Source: Antedon mediterranea
Taxonomy: Eukaryota > Animalia > Echinodermata
DNA length: 64,000 bases
Direction of reading: 5' to 3'
Assembly (NCBI RefSeq): GCF_964355755.1
Contig: NC_092676.1
Span: 9,525,888-9,589,887 of the forward strand
In this document: positions 15,301-27,300 of the stretch, piece after piece
How the letters are laid out: each line of letters opens with the position of its first letter
Numbering within the stretch: the stretch's first letter is position 1
Position numbers and translations under genes: made by a program
Notes under the pieces: generated by a model
Told to the model about the DNA's origin: nothing
The model's database searches: none
What the model saw: the letters and a program-made list of their open reading frames with translations, nothing else

Positions 15301-18300
15301 TAATTTTGGTGCAACTGGTGGCTTAATATGATGAAACTTGTCCTCTTTTACAATATTGCCATCACCTTGGATTGAATGTGCCATCTTGTTTACACTTTTC
15401 TTCGCTGATTTTGGTGCAACTGGTGGCTTAATCTGATGAAACTTGTCCTCTTTTACAATATTATTGTCATCACCTTGGATTGAATGCGCCATATTTTTTA
15501 CACTTTTCTTTGCTGGTGTTGGTGAAACTGGTGGCTTAATCTGATGAAACTTGTCCTCTTTTAAAATATTGTCATCACCTTGGATTGAATGCGCCAGCTT
15601 TTTTACACTTTTCTTTGCTGGTTTTGGTGCAACTGGTGGCTTAATCTGATGAAATTTGTCCTCTTTTACAATATTGCCATCACCTTGGATTGAATGCGCC
15701 ATCTTTTTTACACTTTTTGTTGCTGGTTTTGGTGCAACTGGTGGCTTAATCTGATGAAACTTGTCCTCTTTTACAATATTGCCATCACCTTGGATTGAAT
15801 GCGCCGTCTTTTTTACACTTTTTGTTGCTGGTTTTGGTGCAATTGGTGGCTTAATCTGGTGAAACTTGTCCTCTTTTACAATATTTCCATCACCTTGGAT
15901 TGAATGCGCCATCAATTTTACACTTTTTGTTGCTGGTTTTGGTGCAACTGGTGGCTTAATCTGATGATACTTGTCCTCTTTTACAATATTGTCATCACCT
16001 TGGATTGAATGCGCCATCTTTTTTACACTTTTTGTTGCTGGTTTTGGTGCAATTGGTGGCTTAATCTGATGAAACTTGTCCTCTTTTACAATATTGCCAT
16101 CACCTTGGATTGAATGCGCCATCTTTTTTACACTTTTTGTTGCTGGTTTTGGTGCAACTGGTGGCTTAATCTGATGAAACTTGTCCTCTTTTACAATATT
16201 GTCATCACCTTGGATTGAATGCGCCATCTTTTTTACACTTTTTGTTGCTGGTTTTGGTGCAACTGGTGGCTTAATCTGATGAAACTTGTCCTATTTTACA
16301 ATATTGTCATCACATTGGATTGAATGCGCCATCTTTTTAACACTTTTTTTGCTGGTTTTGGTGCAACTGGTGGCTTAATCTGATGATACTTGTCCTCTTT
16401 TACAATATTGTCATCACATTTGATTGAATGCGCTATCTTTTTTACACTTTTCTTTGCTGGTTTTGGTGCAACTGGTGGCTTACTCCTGTGCCGAGGACGT
16501 TCAACCTTTGGCTTAACTGTCAAAACATTGATGCTGGTCTTCGTAGCATCGTCTTCTTGTGCCTTGTTCCACATGGAACCTCGATATTAGTTTTAGCCCT
16601 TTGATGACATGTCCGAACGTTTCGTTTACAATTATGTCTGCAAATATTAAATAAGGATAAGTACACTGTAAAGCTTCCTAGACAATTTATCTTCTGGTCA
16701 TACAAAACTAATATAGGTCTATTCTAATGTGTAAATATTTCCACAGTGAAGAAATTGATCGTGTCCAAAAAAAATGTCATTCATTTAAACTATTATATCT
16801 ATTTATATAAAAGTTTCTAAATGATTTCTCCACTCACCACGGTTCGTTGGATCCTTTTCCCCCATTATTTTTCCGCAATAGCTTAATTAAATCGATAATA
16901 ATTACGAATACTAGAGGGTTCGCTCGCTTCGCTCGCGCACCCTCACCAACGCCTCTGGAAATTGAAGCCCGGGTGACACCTATGCATATGAATAATATAC
17001 GGCTAATTATTATATTTGGTCTTCCGCCGAATGAGTGTGTGAGATTTGAACCTGTACTAAAAATAAGTTTGGTAAGATGCGAAATGTATACCAATTATGA
17101 TTGATTATGTCCCCTGTCAGTAGTGATATGGACACTTGACAGCAATCGGTGGTTATAGGAACGTAAAGGGGAAAAGTTACTCAATAGATTTAATTATTTG
17201 TAGACAAAATGTACATTAATTCTCCTGTAATGATGTAAAAACTTTACCACAATTGGTATTACACAACAATTGGTTCATAAGAACGTAAGCTGCAAATAAT
17301 ATAATTGTAAAGAACAGTATACGTATAAAATACATATTATTTTATTATATATATTATCTGAACGTTACACATAGGAGGAAAATGTTAATAGGGGTCATCA
17401 ATCACTGAAACAGCCTCTAACGTGACCGTACCAAGAGACCAAAAGCATAGTTTATCAAAGTGGGTGACAGTGAGTGGTGCTTTAACATTTGTATCACAAT
17501 ATATCATGACAACAGCATCTTGTTAATTTTGAAACAAAATGATCAAATAACAACTTTCGTAGCCTACTTATATATCGGTCGTAGTAGACACCATTTATAA
17601 TTATAAATAGAGCAAGCAACAGAAATAATCGATAATATAAACAGTAAAGGTGTTTCCCTGGTAGGCCTACCTGAATCGCACCTAAATTTGATTGCATAAA
17701 TAATTAGCACAATTAACCTCCTATAGTAACATTGAATCGCACCTAAATTTGATAAAATGATTAATAAATAGCATAAATAATAATTAGTTCAATTACTAAA
17801 ACAAATTGTATTTCACGTAAAGTAAAGGCCTTTATAATTCATTAGTTGAATATCTAATACAAATAAATTGTAGTTCACGATTCAGTTTAATCACTAATAT
17901 CACATTGTAGTTCACGTAAAAGTAAATGCTTTCAATAATAGTTAAATTACTAAAAAAAATTGTAGTTCACGTAAAGTAAATGCCTTTTAGTTGAATATCT
18001 AAAACAAATTAATTGCAAGTAGTTCACGATCAGTTGAACCACAAAAATATTTGTATTTAATATTGAACTATTGAATGTCGCCACCAACGGCCATTTTGCA
18101 GGAAGTGACGGACCCGGAAGTCAGTTGAACAACAGCGCGAGTGTGTGAAAATAACCCTGTGATATCCACAAGTTTCGATAGGTATTACGCTAAAGTTTGT
18201 CGTTGTAAAAGACAAAAATGAAACAATAGCGTAGTACTGAAAACTAATGTTATCAAATCTACGTTTCGCGGTACATCTAAGATAGATAAGGTAGATATCC

Positions 18301-21300
18301 AAGGCGGAGATTTATACCGAAGTTTTTCTATTGTGCTCGCCTATGTCAGAATTAACCATAATTTATATATAGATACTTCGGAATTAATCCCTCACTATTT
18401 CATACACAGTTGATATATCAACAAACTGAAGATGATTTGTGTTGGGACGTTGCTATGTGCTGGATACCTAACGCGCAATCATGCTACCATGCGACGCGAT
18501 GAACGCGTTGCGCGGTAATTAAGTACACGAGCGATAAGTTAACTAACTAACTTATTTCTCCATGGTGATACAAAGATCTCATGAAAGATAATTCATATTG
18601 GGTGGATTTCAAGATAGAAGTCATGGTAATGGTCTACTTTTAAAACTTTAATCGTTATCTATTATCAAAGATATTTTATGTATTGGCCTAAAAATAGAAA
18701 TCATAACGTTAATTAGGCCTAGTCCTTTTATTTGAAAAGTTCCCACCCCTCTTGTTCGCGCGATATTGTTTAGATGGACTTGTTTCAGCAGGCTAGACCT
18801 ACTACTAGGCTCAATCTCCCGAATCCGACGAGATGCTTTCAGCAGCCACAGAGTGAGACAATCAACGGCCTAGTGGTAGGCCTATTGATAATAGATTCGA
18901 TATTGTAGTGTTATTGGTGTAAAGACCATTACCTTAAAATTAATTTAAACAAAACATGTGAATTGATAGTTGATTTTAGGACAAAAAATAGGTCAGTTCA
19001 TGAGCCCCTTAATATAGGAAATGAGTTAATTAATAAAGTTGTCCCAGAGTATAAATATCTAGGAACTATAATAGACGAAAAGCTGGACTGGTGTAATAAC
19101 ATTCAAAAACTCTATAAAAAAGGACAACAACGGCTATATCTGTTAAGACTTAGGAACTTAGGAAATTTAATGTTAGTAAACAAATTCTTATACTGTTGAT
19201 GTATCGGTTCTTAATTTCAACTACGATGCAGGTGTTCTCTCCTTGGTAAAACGTATAAGGAATACATTTTTCTTCCATCAAATATTCGTATCCGTTTGCC
19301 TCGAAGCCGTACTAAACGCTACAATAAATCATTTGTCCCACAGTCTATTGTCACCTATAACAAACTTGTCCAGCGCTAACTCATGGAGAGAACACCTGGA
19401 TGGTAGACATTTTGATATTTTTGTAGTGATTTTCTATATTGACTGTTTTCTGCATGTACGTATATTGTTATTATCTCTGCAGTGTATATAAGAGGAATTT
19501 CTAATGTATTTTTATATTGGACCAAATAAAGAATGAATGAATGATTATCCGAGTGGGGGTGTCACGAAACCTAAGATCACGAAAGCTAAGACTCCCTAAG
19601 ACCTAAGATCACGGAACCTAAGACCCAAGACCAAAGATTACAAATTCTAAGATATACAACAGCTTAAAAACAATAATTGTTGAAAAATGAAAAATAAATA
19701 TATACCTCAAAAAACAATAACAAAAAACTGGATATATATTTACTCCATTGTGTTGGTTTCAGTGGGTGTTTCCCTTTCGCACTTGCATTGTATTTTGACT
19801 CCAATTAATTCAACTAACTTTATTCTGAATACCACACCTTAGAATTAGGCCTCATAAGTACTTTATGAAAGAGATTCACATAAAAAGTAACAAATAAATA
19901 CTTGATATTATTTATAAATAAAAATTGGAGTTTCTTACACACTTTCGCATACTCAACTTTCAATATTTTCGTTTCTATAGAGCGCCAAAAGAGCAACAAT
20001 AATGTTGAAATGCACGTTTAATTTGTTCAATATATGTTGTCAATTTGTCAATAAAAATGCTGTAATATGTTACTGCTGATACTTTTCTATTTTCAAAGAA
20101 TATTACTCGATCTTAAATTCAGCATCATTATTTACCCTAGACCTAGTCATAAGGGCGACCTAAGGGGATATGATGACTTTGTCGATTTTATTCTTAAAGT
20201 TAAAGATATATTGTTCCCCAAAAACATGAAAAATGAAGATTAATTAAATCAGACGAATAGGTTATTTTGTAGTTTTAATCAAGTTAATCACTTCCGTAGA
20301 AAAAAATTAAAAAATAATGTTTTCACTTATAAAGTAACATAATAAATGGTTAAATTCAACCAAAAATCCATTGGCTGGCAGCCAATTTAGCCATTTTTGC
20401 TTTAAATTACAGTTTTTTCAGGTAAAATAAATTTTGTTTAGATCCAATTTTTGGCCAAAGTGGATAACTATTATGTGACATTAAAATGGCATATGCAAAA
20501 AAAAAAAATGTAACAATTATTTTTCAGGGGGACAATACATCTTTCAACAGTAACATTTTATTTGTATTGGCAGTGACAAAATATGATACAGGATTTTCAC
20601 CAAAAATGAGTTGAATAGATGGATTCCACATAGTTGTTGACCTTTGTTAATTTTTCTCTTTTGGCGTTCCATAGAAACAAAATATTGAACATAGAGTATG
20701 CGAAAATCGCATGAGAAAAACGTCTGTAAAATCATCAATTTATTAAAAAAAATTATTGTTATTTTATTGATTCTTCTCATTTAATTCTAAGGTGTGGTAT
20801 TCAGGATAAAGTTGGTTAACACATTTAGAGTTAAAATACAAGGCAGGTGCGAAAGAGAACCATTAGTAATCTTAGGTCTTGGGTCTTAAATTTCGTGATC
20901 TTAGGTCTTATAGGTTTTAGCTTTCGTGATCTTTGGTTTTGTGACACCCGCTTCTATCCATCTCTGTAGATCAGCTGTGAGTGTCCAGGACTCACATGCG
21001 TACAAGAATACAGAGATGGGCAGAATGCGCATGAGCCTGATCTTTGACGTGAGGGTGATGTTTCTTTCGCGCCATATTGTCTTCAATTTTGCCAGTGCTG
21101 TGGTTTGTGCTATCCTGGACAATATTGGTTTTGGTTTGGACCCTTCATCAGTCATAATAGCTCCCAGACATTTGAAGCTGTTCACAGTTTCCAGCTTCTA
21201 GTCCTTCGATGCGACTTCCGTTTTGATGCCATTAAAACCTAAAATTAGATAAATATAAGAAGTATGTTAATTTTTTAATATGTTTTTTATTACTATTATT

Positions 21301-24300
21301 TTTTTCTAAACCAAGAAAATATTTAGTGTTTCGTTCGCCATCTTCTATCCACTTTACTCTTGACCTAATTTGAGCACCTTTAGCTTCCAATAGGTAAATT
21401 TGCTCAAGTTCATTCTTTTTCTGATCTAATTCTGTTTCATACTGGATATTATTATCAGTATTATCCTTTTTTCATAATTAAATCATTAATGATAGCAATT
21501 TCCTGTTGAAGTATTTCTTTTCTTTTGCATTTATTTTTATTTTTCATTTTCCCATATTTTATGGAGAATACCTTTATTTTTACTTTAATCATTTCCCATT
21601 TATCCTTTGGGTTAAGTTCTTCTAATCTAGCTCTTTCAATTATGTTGTTGATGTTGTTTATATAATCTTCATTATCTACGTGAGAATTGTTCATTTTCCA
21701 TAATCCTGGGCCTCTTTGTTCATTAGTTAAACTTATTTTTAAGGCTATGGCTTGGTGATCAGACATGATTGACGGCCTGATATCACATGTGTTAACATAT
21801 TCACATAAGTCGTTAGATATAAATAGTTGTCATCTATTTCAACTCTTAGAAGTAAAAATCTACCATTAATATCTTTGTATTGTTTTGTTACCCTGTGTTG
21901 AATTTTACTCTAGCAATAAATGTGGATGTTCCTCTACTGTGTGATGGGCCAAAACAGTGGTAGGAATCACCTTGCCATATATCATTCAGTGACTGGGTTT
22001 TATCATTTGTCAAATGTGATTCTTGAATGAAGATGATATCTGCTTTGTTGTCTTTGACCCATTTAAAAATACTAATTTGTTTTTGTTTTTCTCTAAATCC
22101 TCTAACATTTAATGATAAAAGGTGTATGTTTGGTGTCATATGATTATTAAATATAAAAACATTTTATAAACCTTATAATTTATCTTAAATAAAAAAACTA
22201 AATTGTAATAATAAACATTTAAAGTCATACTGCACAGTATGATACAGTAGTTCTGCAACTTACTTCCTTGTAACCCTTTTCCTTAGGTTGATTTTTTTTT
22301 GGGTTTTCTGTGGTGGATTTTCTGGTGATGTTTCCTTTAAATCTTTTTCAGTTCTACTTTCATCAGTGGTAGCCCCTTTCCTTTCATTGTTACTTTTTGA
22401 GTTTTGAGTGGAAGAAACAAAAAAATCTGTTACCTTCTTCTGTTCTTTGCTTTCACTTGATTCACTAATGGTCTTTTCCTCACTGTCTAAAATTATTATA
22501 TCTTTGTCTTTTACATGTTCTTGTTCTTCATCAGATTCACTTCCGCTGCTGTCATCTGCAGTATCTTGTGAGCTGAACACTTCATCAATATCTACTTCTG
22601 TGTCTGAATTTGGGTTTGCATTATCATGTGATTTATCTCTATCTGTTATCTTTAAGTCTTTATCTGTTATTTGTTTTGGTATTGGAGTGTGCACAAATGA
22701 TTCCCACATACGGTTAATATATGCCCTTGTTGATCCCATTGAGTTGGCTGATATTTGCTGTTGGCCTATTTCATTGTTGCAAGTGCTCATAGTATGACCT
22801 TCTTGGCGACATTTAAAGCATACTCTATTAGCCTTACATTGATAAGCTTCGTGTCCATTTTTCAAGCATTTGTTACATTTGATCTCTTGTCCTTCGTGAA
22901 ACATGTGTGTGTGTACATATATACATATATATGCAAATAAATAAAATAATTAAATTAATGTTAATGTTCTTTGCCTGATTTGTTTATATATATAAATATG
23001 TATATTTATATATGTGTGTAACTAAAAATAGTCTATATAGGCTATATATTTATATTATATTTCCTCAGCTTTATCGTTTCAAATTAATTAATTAAAAATT
23101 CAGTATATCACCGGGCGGTTTAGAACTAATGTTCTTTGCCTGTCGTGTTTATATATTATATTAATGAAATGTATTATTTTTAACTCGTACTTACTTTTTT
23201 TAATACCTTATTCATTTGTTTTATTATTGAATGAAAGAAAGAAAATAAATGTTTACGTTGAGTTGAGTTGAGTTGAAACACACGAGCTTTGAAACCATTT
23301 AGAACGATTTGCCTAGGTATGGGGGATGACATTTGTTCTTGATTGTTTCTTATTAATTATACATGGTTTCTTAAATCAAAACACATTATTCTAGAATGTT
23401 CATGTAAATACTATGTTACTCTATTATGTTAGGGAATGGTAATTTATTACACTCCCCCCTCTTTCTGAGCTCAAAACTCTTTCTTGGAGTTTTGAGGGGC
23501 AAGTATACACGTGGCAAAATTTAACCCACTCCTAGTCTATAAAACTTAATTACACCATAATAACATAGAACATAATTATTAATAATTACTAATAATGAAC
23601 CAACAATATTCATGTAAATTTGTCGGAATGGTTCACTAACAATTACTGACATATGAATCATCGGGGCCTTCAATTTAGTTTTAAACTTTGAGGCTTTACA
23701 ATACTCTGTCAAAGAAATATCATGTGAAACTTTCAAAACACTATTACGGCAAGGATATAAAACCACTAATTTCTCTATGGGTTCTGTCTGGTTTTTAGTA
23801 AAAACATGCCTAAATAAAATTCCGTCCTTACAGACCGTCATATCTTCCCGACATAAACCTTCTTTCCTTTCAATATCTTCCCGATGTAAACGTTCTTGGT
23901 TATCCATCATCTGCTGCATCAGAAGACTCTGTTGTTGTATTTGTTGCTTCATTAACAACACCAAAAAGTTTGTACTGCTGTACACTTTACCGGATGCGAT
24001 ATTTTTTTACGCTCAACGAAACTGCCAGCTAGCCAGAATACTGTTTTCTGATTGGATGTTGATGTCACGTGAGATTTTCAAATCACTCACGCATGCAGTT
24101 CGCCTTAGTCTGGGCTCCAGACGGAGTTTTTTCTTAATATTAGTAAAAATATAAATATTTTTGCACATATGGCGTTTCATACGTGTATTACTTGAGTTTG
24201 GATATTCCGTCTGGGGAAACACGCAAAAGTCACGTGGTTTGACACCAAGAATTCTTGGTGCATAGATTATCCGGTTGACTAGTTTCAGCTGCATGCGATT

Positions 24301-27300
24301 GGCTACTCACTCGTACACCATTTTAATATTCATATTTCAGAATTTCAAAGACTCAACAACTAAGATGGTACGCATGCGCTATGTTACGTTTAGACAGTGT
24401 ACTTGGGTACAGGATTTTATATGGATCATTTAATATTACGCGGAGATAATTTGATTTAATTCCCACCCAGACCCTGTCCTGTTCTGTGTAGTGTGGTGTA
24501 GCCCTGTGTTGTGTGTGAATCCTGTTGTGTGCCGGTGGTGGTATTATGTAGGCCTACCTTATTGGCGTTTTATTTGGCAGGTCATACGTGCGAGTTGAGT
24601 AGGACCTACGAAGGAGACCTAGACTAAGGACTAAACAATTAATAAACAAAACTTGGCAACACGATTTCATATTTCAACACGAGCCTCGAACTCGATCGTA
24701 CATTCAGCACTGTACGTAGGCCTACTCGATCTTTTTCATTTTGAAACAAAATGATCATTGGTTGATTCGAAATCCATATTTACATACCGCCCGCCCCATA
24801 TAGCCAAATACGGTATGATAACCTACGTCATTCTTATCGGATGTTTGCGGTCTGCAAATCGATTTCTATACGTGTTTCACAAGTCTGTATTTTCAGACAA
24901 AAATCGCGGTCGAAATAAAAACAAATAAATAAAATAAAAAAACAATACAGACTTGGGGCAAGTCTAAGTTCGCCTCAGTAGGTAATTCCTTCCTCGCACT
25001 CTCCGACCGGTTGCGACTCGCACTGCTCTTTAGGCTGCTAGCAATTTACGTGTTGTAGGAATCGTACATTTCAACTACTAGTACTAGCTCCTTGCACGGG
25101 TGTCTCAAAAACAGAGACCTCGAAAACAGAGACCAGAGACCCGAGATCGACCCAGGGTCTCTGTTTTCAAGAAAATCTCGAAAACAGAGACCCCCCACTA
25201 AAACGTCTCAATATTAAGTCAATATTACGTTATAGGGGGTCTCTGTTTTCGAGAAAAACTCGAAAACAGCGACCCCCACTAAAACGTCTCAATATTAAGT
25301 CAATATTAAATTAAATAAATTAAAACCTTGATAAATATATTTAAAATACTAGATAAATTTTAATGATTAATGTACAGTATATTTATTTTTCTTATGCATA
25401 GCCTATTGTAAATTGTTTTGTATTTTTTATCTGTAATGTAAATTTTTTATATAATGTGCTACAATAATTTCAGACTTGATCTGCTTTTTGTAATGTTTTA
25501 TATACCGGAATAAATAAATAAAAATAAAATATTACGTTATATAGGGGGTCTCTGTTTTCGAGTTTTTCTCGAAAACAGAGACCCCTACTAAAACGTCTCA
25601 ATATTACGTCAATATTACGTTATATAGGGGGGTGTCACGAAACCTAAGACCACGAAATCTAAGACCCCCTAGGACCTAAGATCACGAAAGCTAAGACCCA
25701 AGACTACAAATTCTAAGATATACTATAGCTTAAAAACAATACTTGTTTATCCATACATAATTTTAAACACAGTAGGTGTCATTTATTACCATAAAGATAA
25801 TTTAGCTTTCGTGATCTTAGGTCTTAGGGGGTCTTAGCTTTCGTGGTCTTAGGTTTCGTGACACCCTTATATGGGGGGTCCCCACTAAAACGTCTCAAAA
25901 TCACAGAATGACGTATCAGTAATAAACGGTAACTGATATGCCGATCAAAGAACATGCCGCAACGATAAGAAGAGATTGATGAATTCTTGAACGCGTGTGA
26001 AAAGACTGCCATTTTGGAATACAAGGTCGACGTCCTAGAAGTAAGATGTATAAATGCATGCTGTGCCTTTTAGAAGCTAAAAAGCGGGAGATTATTTTAA
26101 AAGCTGACACTAGTTTCGTAACATTTATTTACAAGCATAAAAGATAATAACGTACAATGCAATAACAAAATGATAGATGAAGACAAATATATTGTGTTGG
26201 GCGAGCCTTAAAAAAGAAATGAAATTTAAAAAAATAAATAAATTGATAAATAAATAAACATAAATTCACGGTTTTTGCGATAAAAGTTGGGTTTTAATAA
26301 ATAAATAAATTTGCAACACTCTTAATAAACAGGGATTATATTAGGGGGTCTCGGGAAATCTCGAAAAAAAGAGACCCCCAATATAATGAGACGTTTTAGT
26401 GGGGGTCTCTGTTTTCGAGTTTTTCTCGAAAACAGAGACCCTGGGTCTTTGGTAACCCAAAAAGCGGAAACTTGTGAAGGGTTTCTTGGAAGTATTACTT
26501 TCTCTCACCATGGAGTAATCTAATTAATTAATTAATTAAATTTCCATGGATGAATTCGCCTCTCTCAATGTTTATTTACGTTTCGCGTACGTTTCATGCA
26601 TTAATTTCAATTTCACGTGGAAAAACATGATTTATGCGAAGCGATAAGCAAGTCGCGCCGCGGTAATCTTTTTAGGGCCTTCATGACGGAAACATCGGGT
26701 TGGCACGGTCAAAATACACTTTTGTCATCGTCATCCTTTTATATACTGACAAAAAAAAGGCTCTGTTCCTTTGGCAGAATTACAAGCAACAACTCATCTA
26801 AATATATAGTTATAAGTCACAGGGAAATAGTGTTTGTGATTATTTATTATCATTTTTTGAAAATTTTCAACAAATGATGTTGGATCATAAACAAAAACAA
26901 ATTTACACCATCCAGACCAACGTTTTATCGCCAATGCGTGATGTCTTTATTATCCACGTTACGGTATTATCCACGACGATAATCGCTCTTATTTATAATT
27001 ATTTTATCTCAAACGTTGTACATAGAAAAGAGCAATAAATGTTACGAAAAAACATTTCAACGATGGCGACACGATAAAAATGCTTGAAATTGTAAGCCTC
27101 TGTCTGTTGTGCAAGGAGCTAGTAGTAGTTGTTTCAGGCAGCGTGCTCTCAGGCAGCGAGCCCATTGAAATGTACGATTCCTACAACACGTAAATTGCTA
27201 GCCTAGAGCAGTGCGAGTCGCAACCGGTCGGAGAGTGCGAGGGGGAATTACCTACTGCTGTGAGGCGAACTGCATGCGTGAGTGATTTGAACATCTCACG

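Noticed and set aside
15240-16482. CRISPR-like array
   Set aside because: The units are full tandem repeats without unique spacers, they are protein-coding, and the context is eukaryotic with no cas genes.
18525-18565. Small CATGG-ended palindrome as a second micro-transposon (similar one at ~26508-26548)
   Set aside because: The arms are degenerate and no TSD is visible.
21300-23280. Twin-primed (5'-inverted) L1: minus-strand ORFs joined to a plus-strand AATAAA/(GTTGA)n tail
   Set aside because: It would need a multi-kb deletion, no TSD was found, and I cannot show the tail belongs to the same family.
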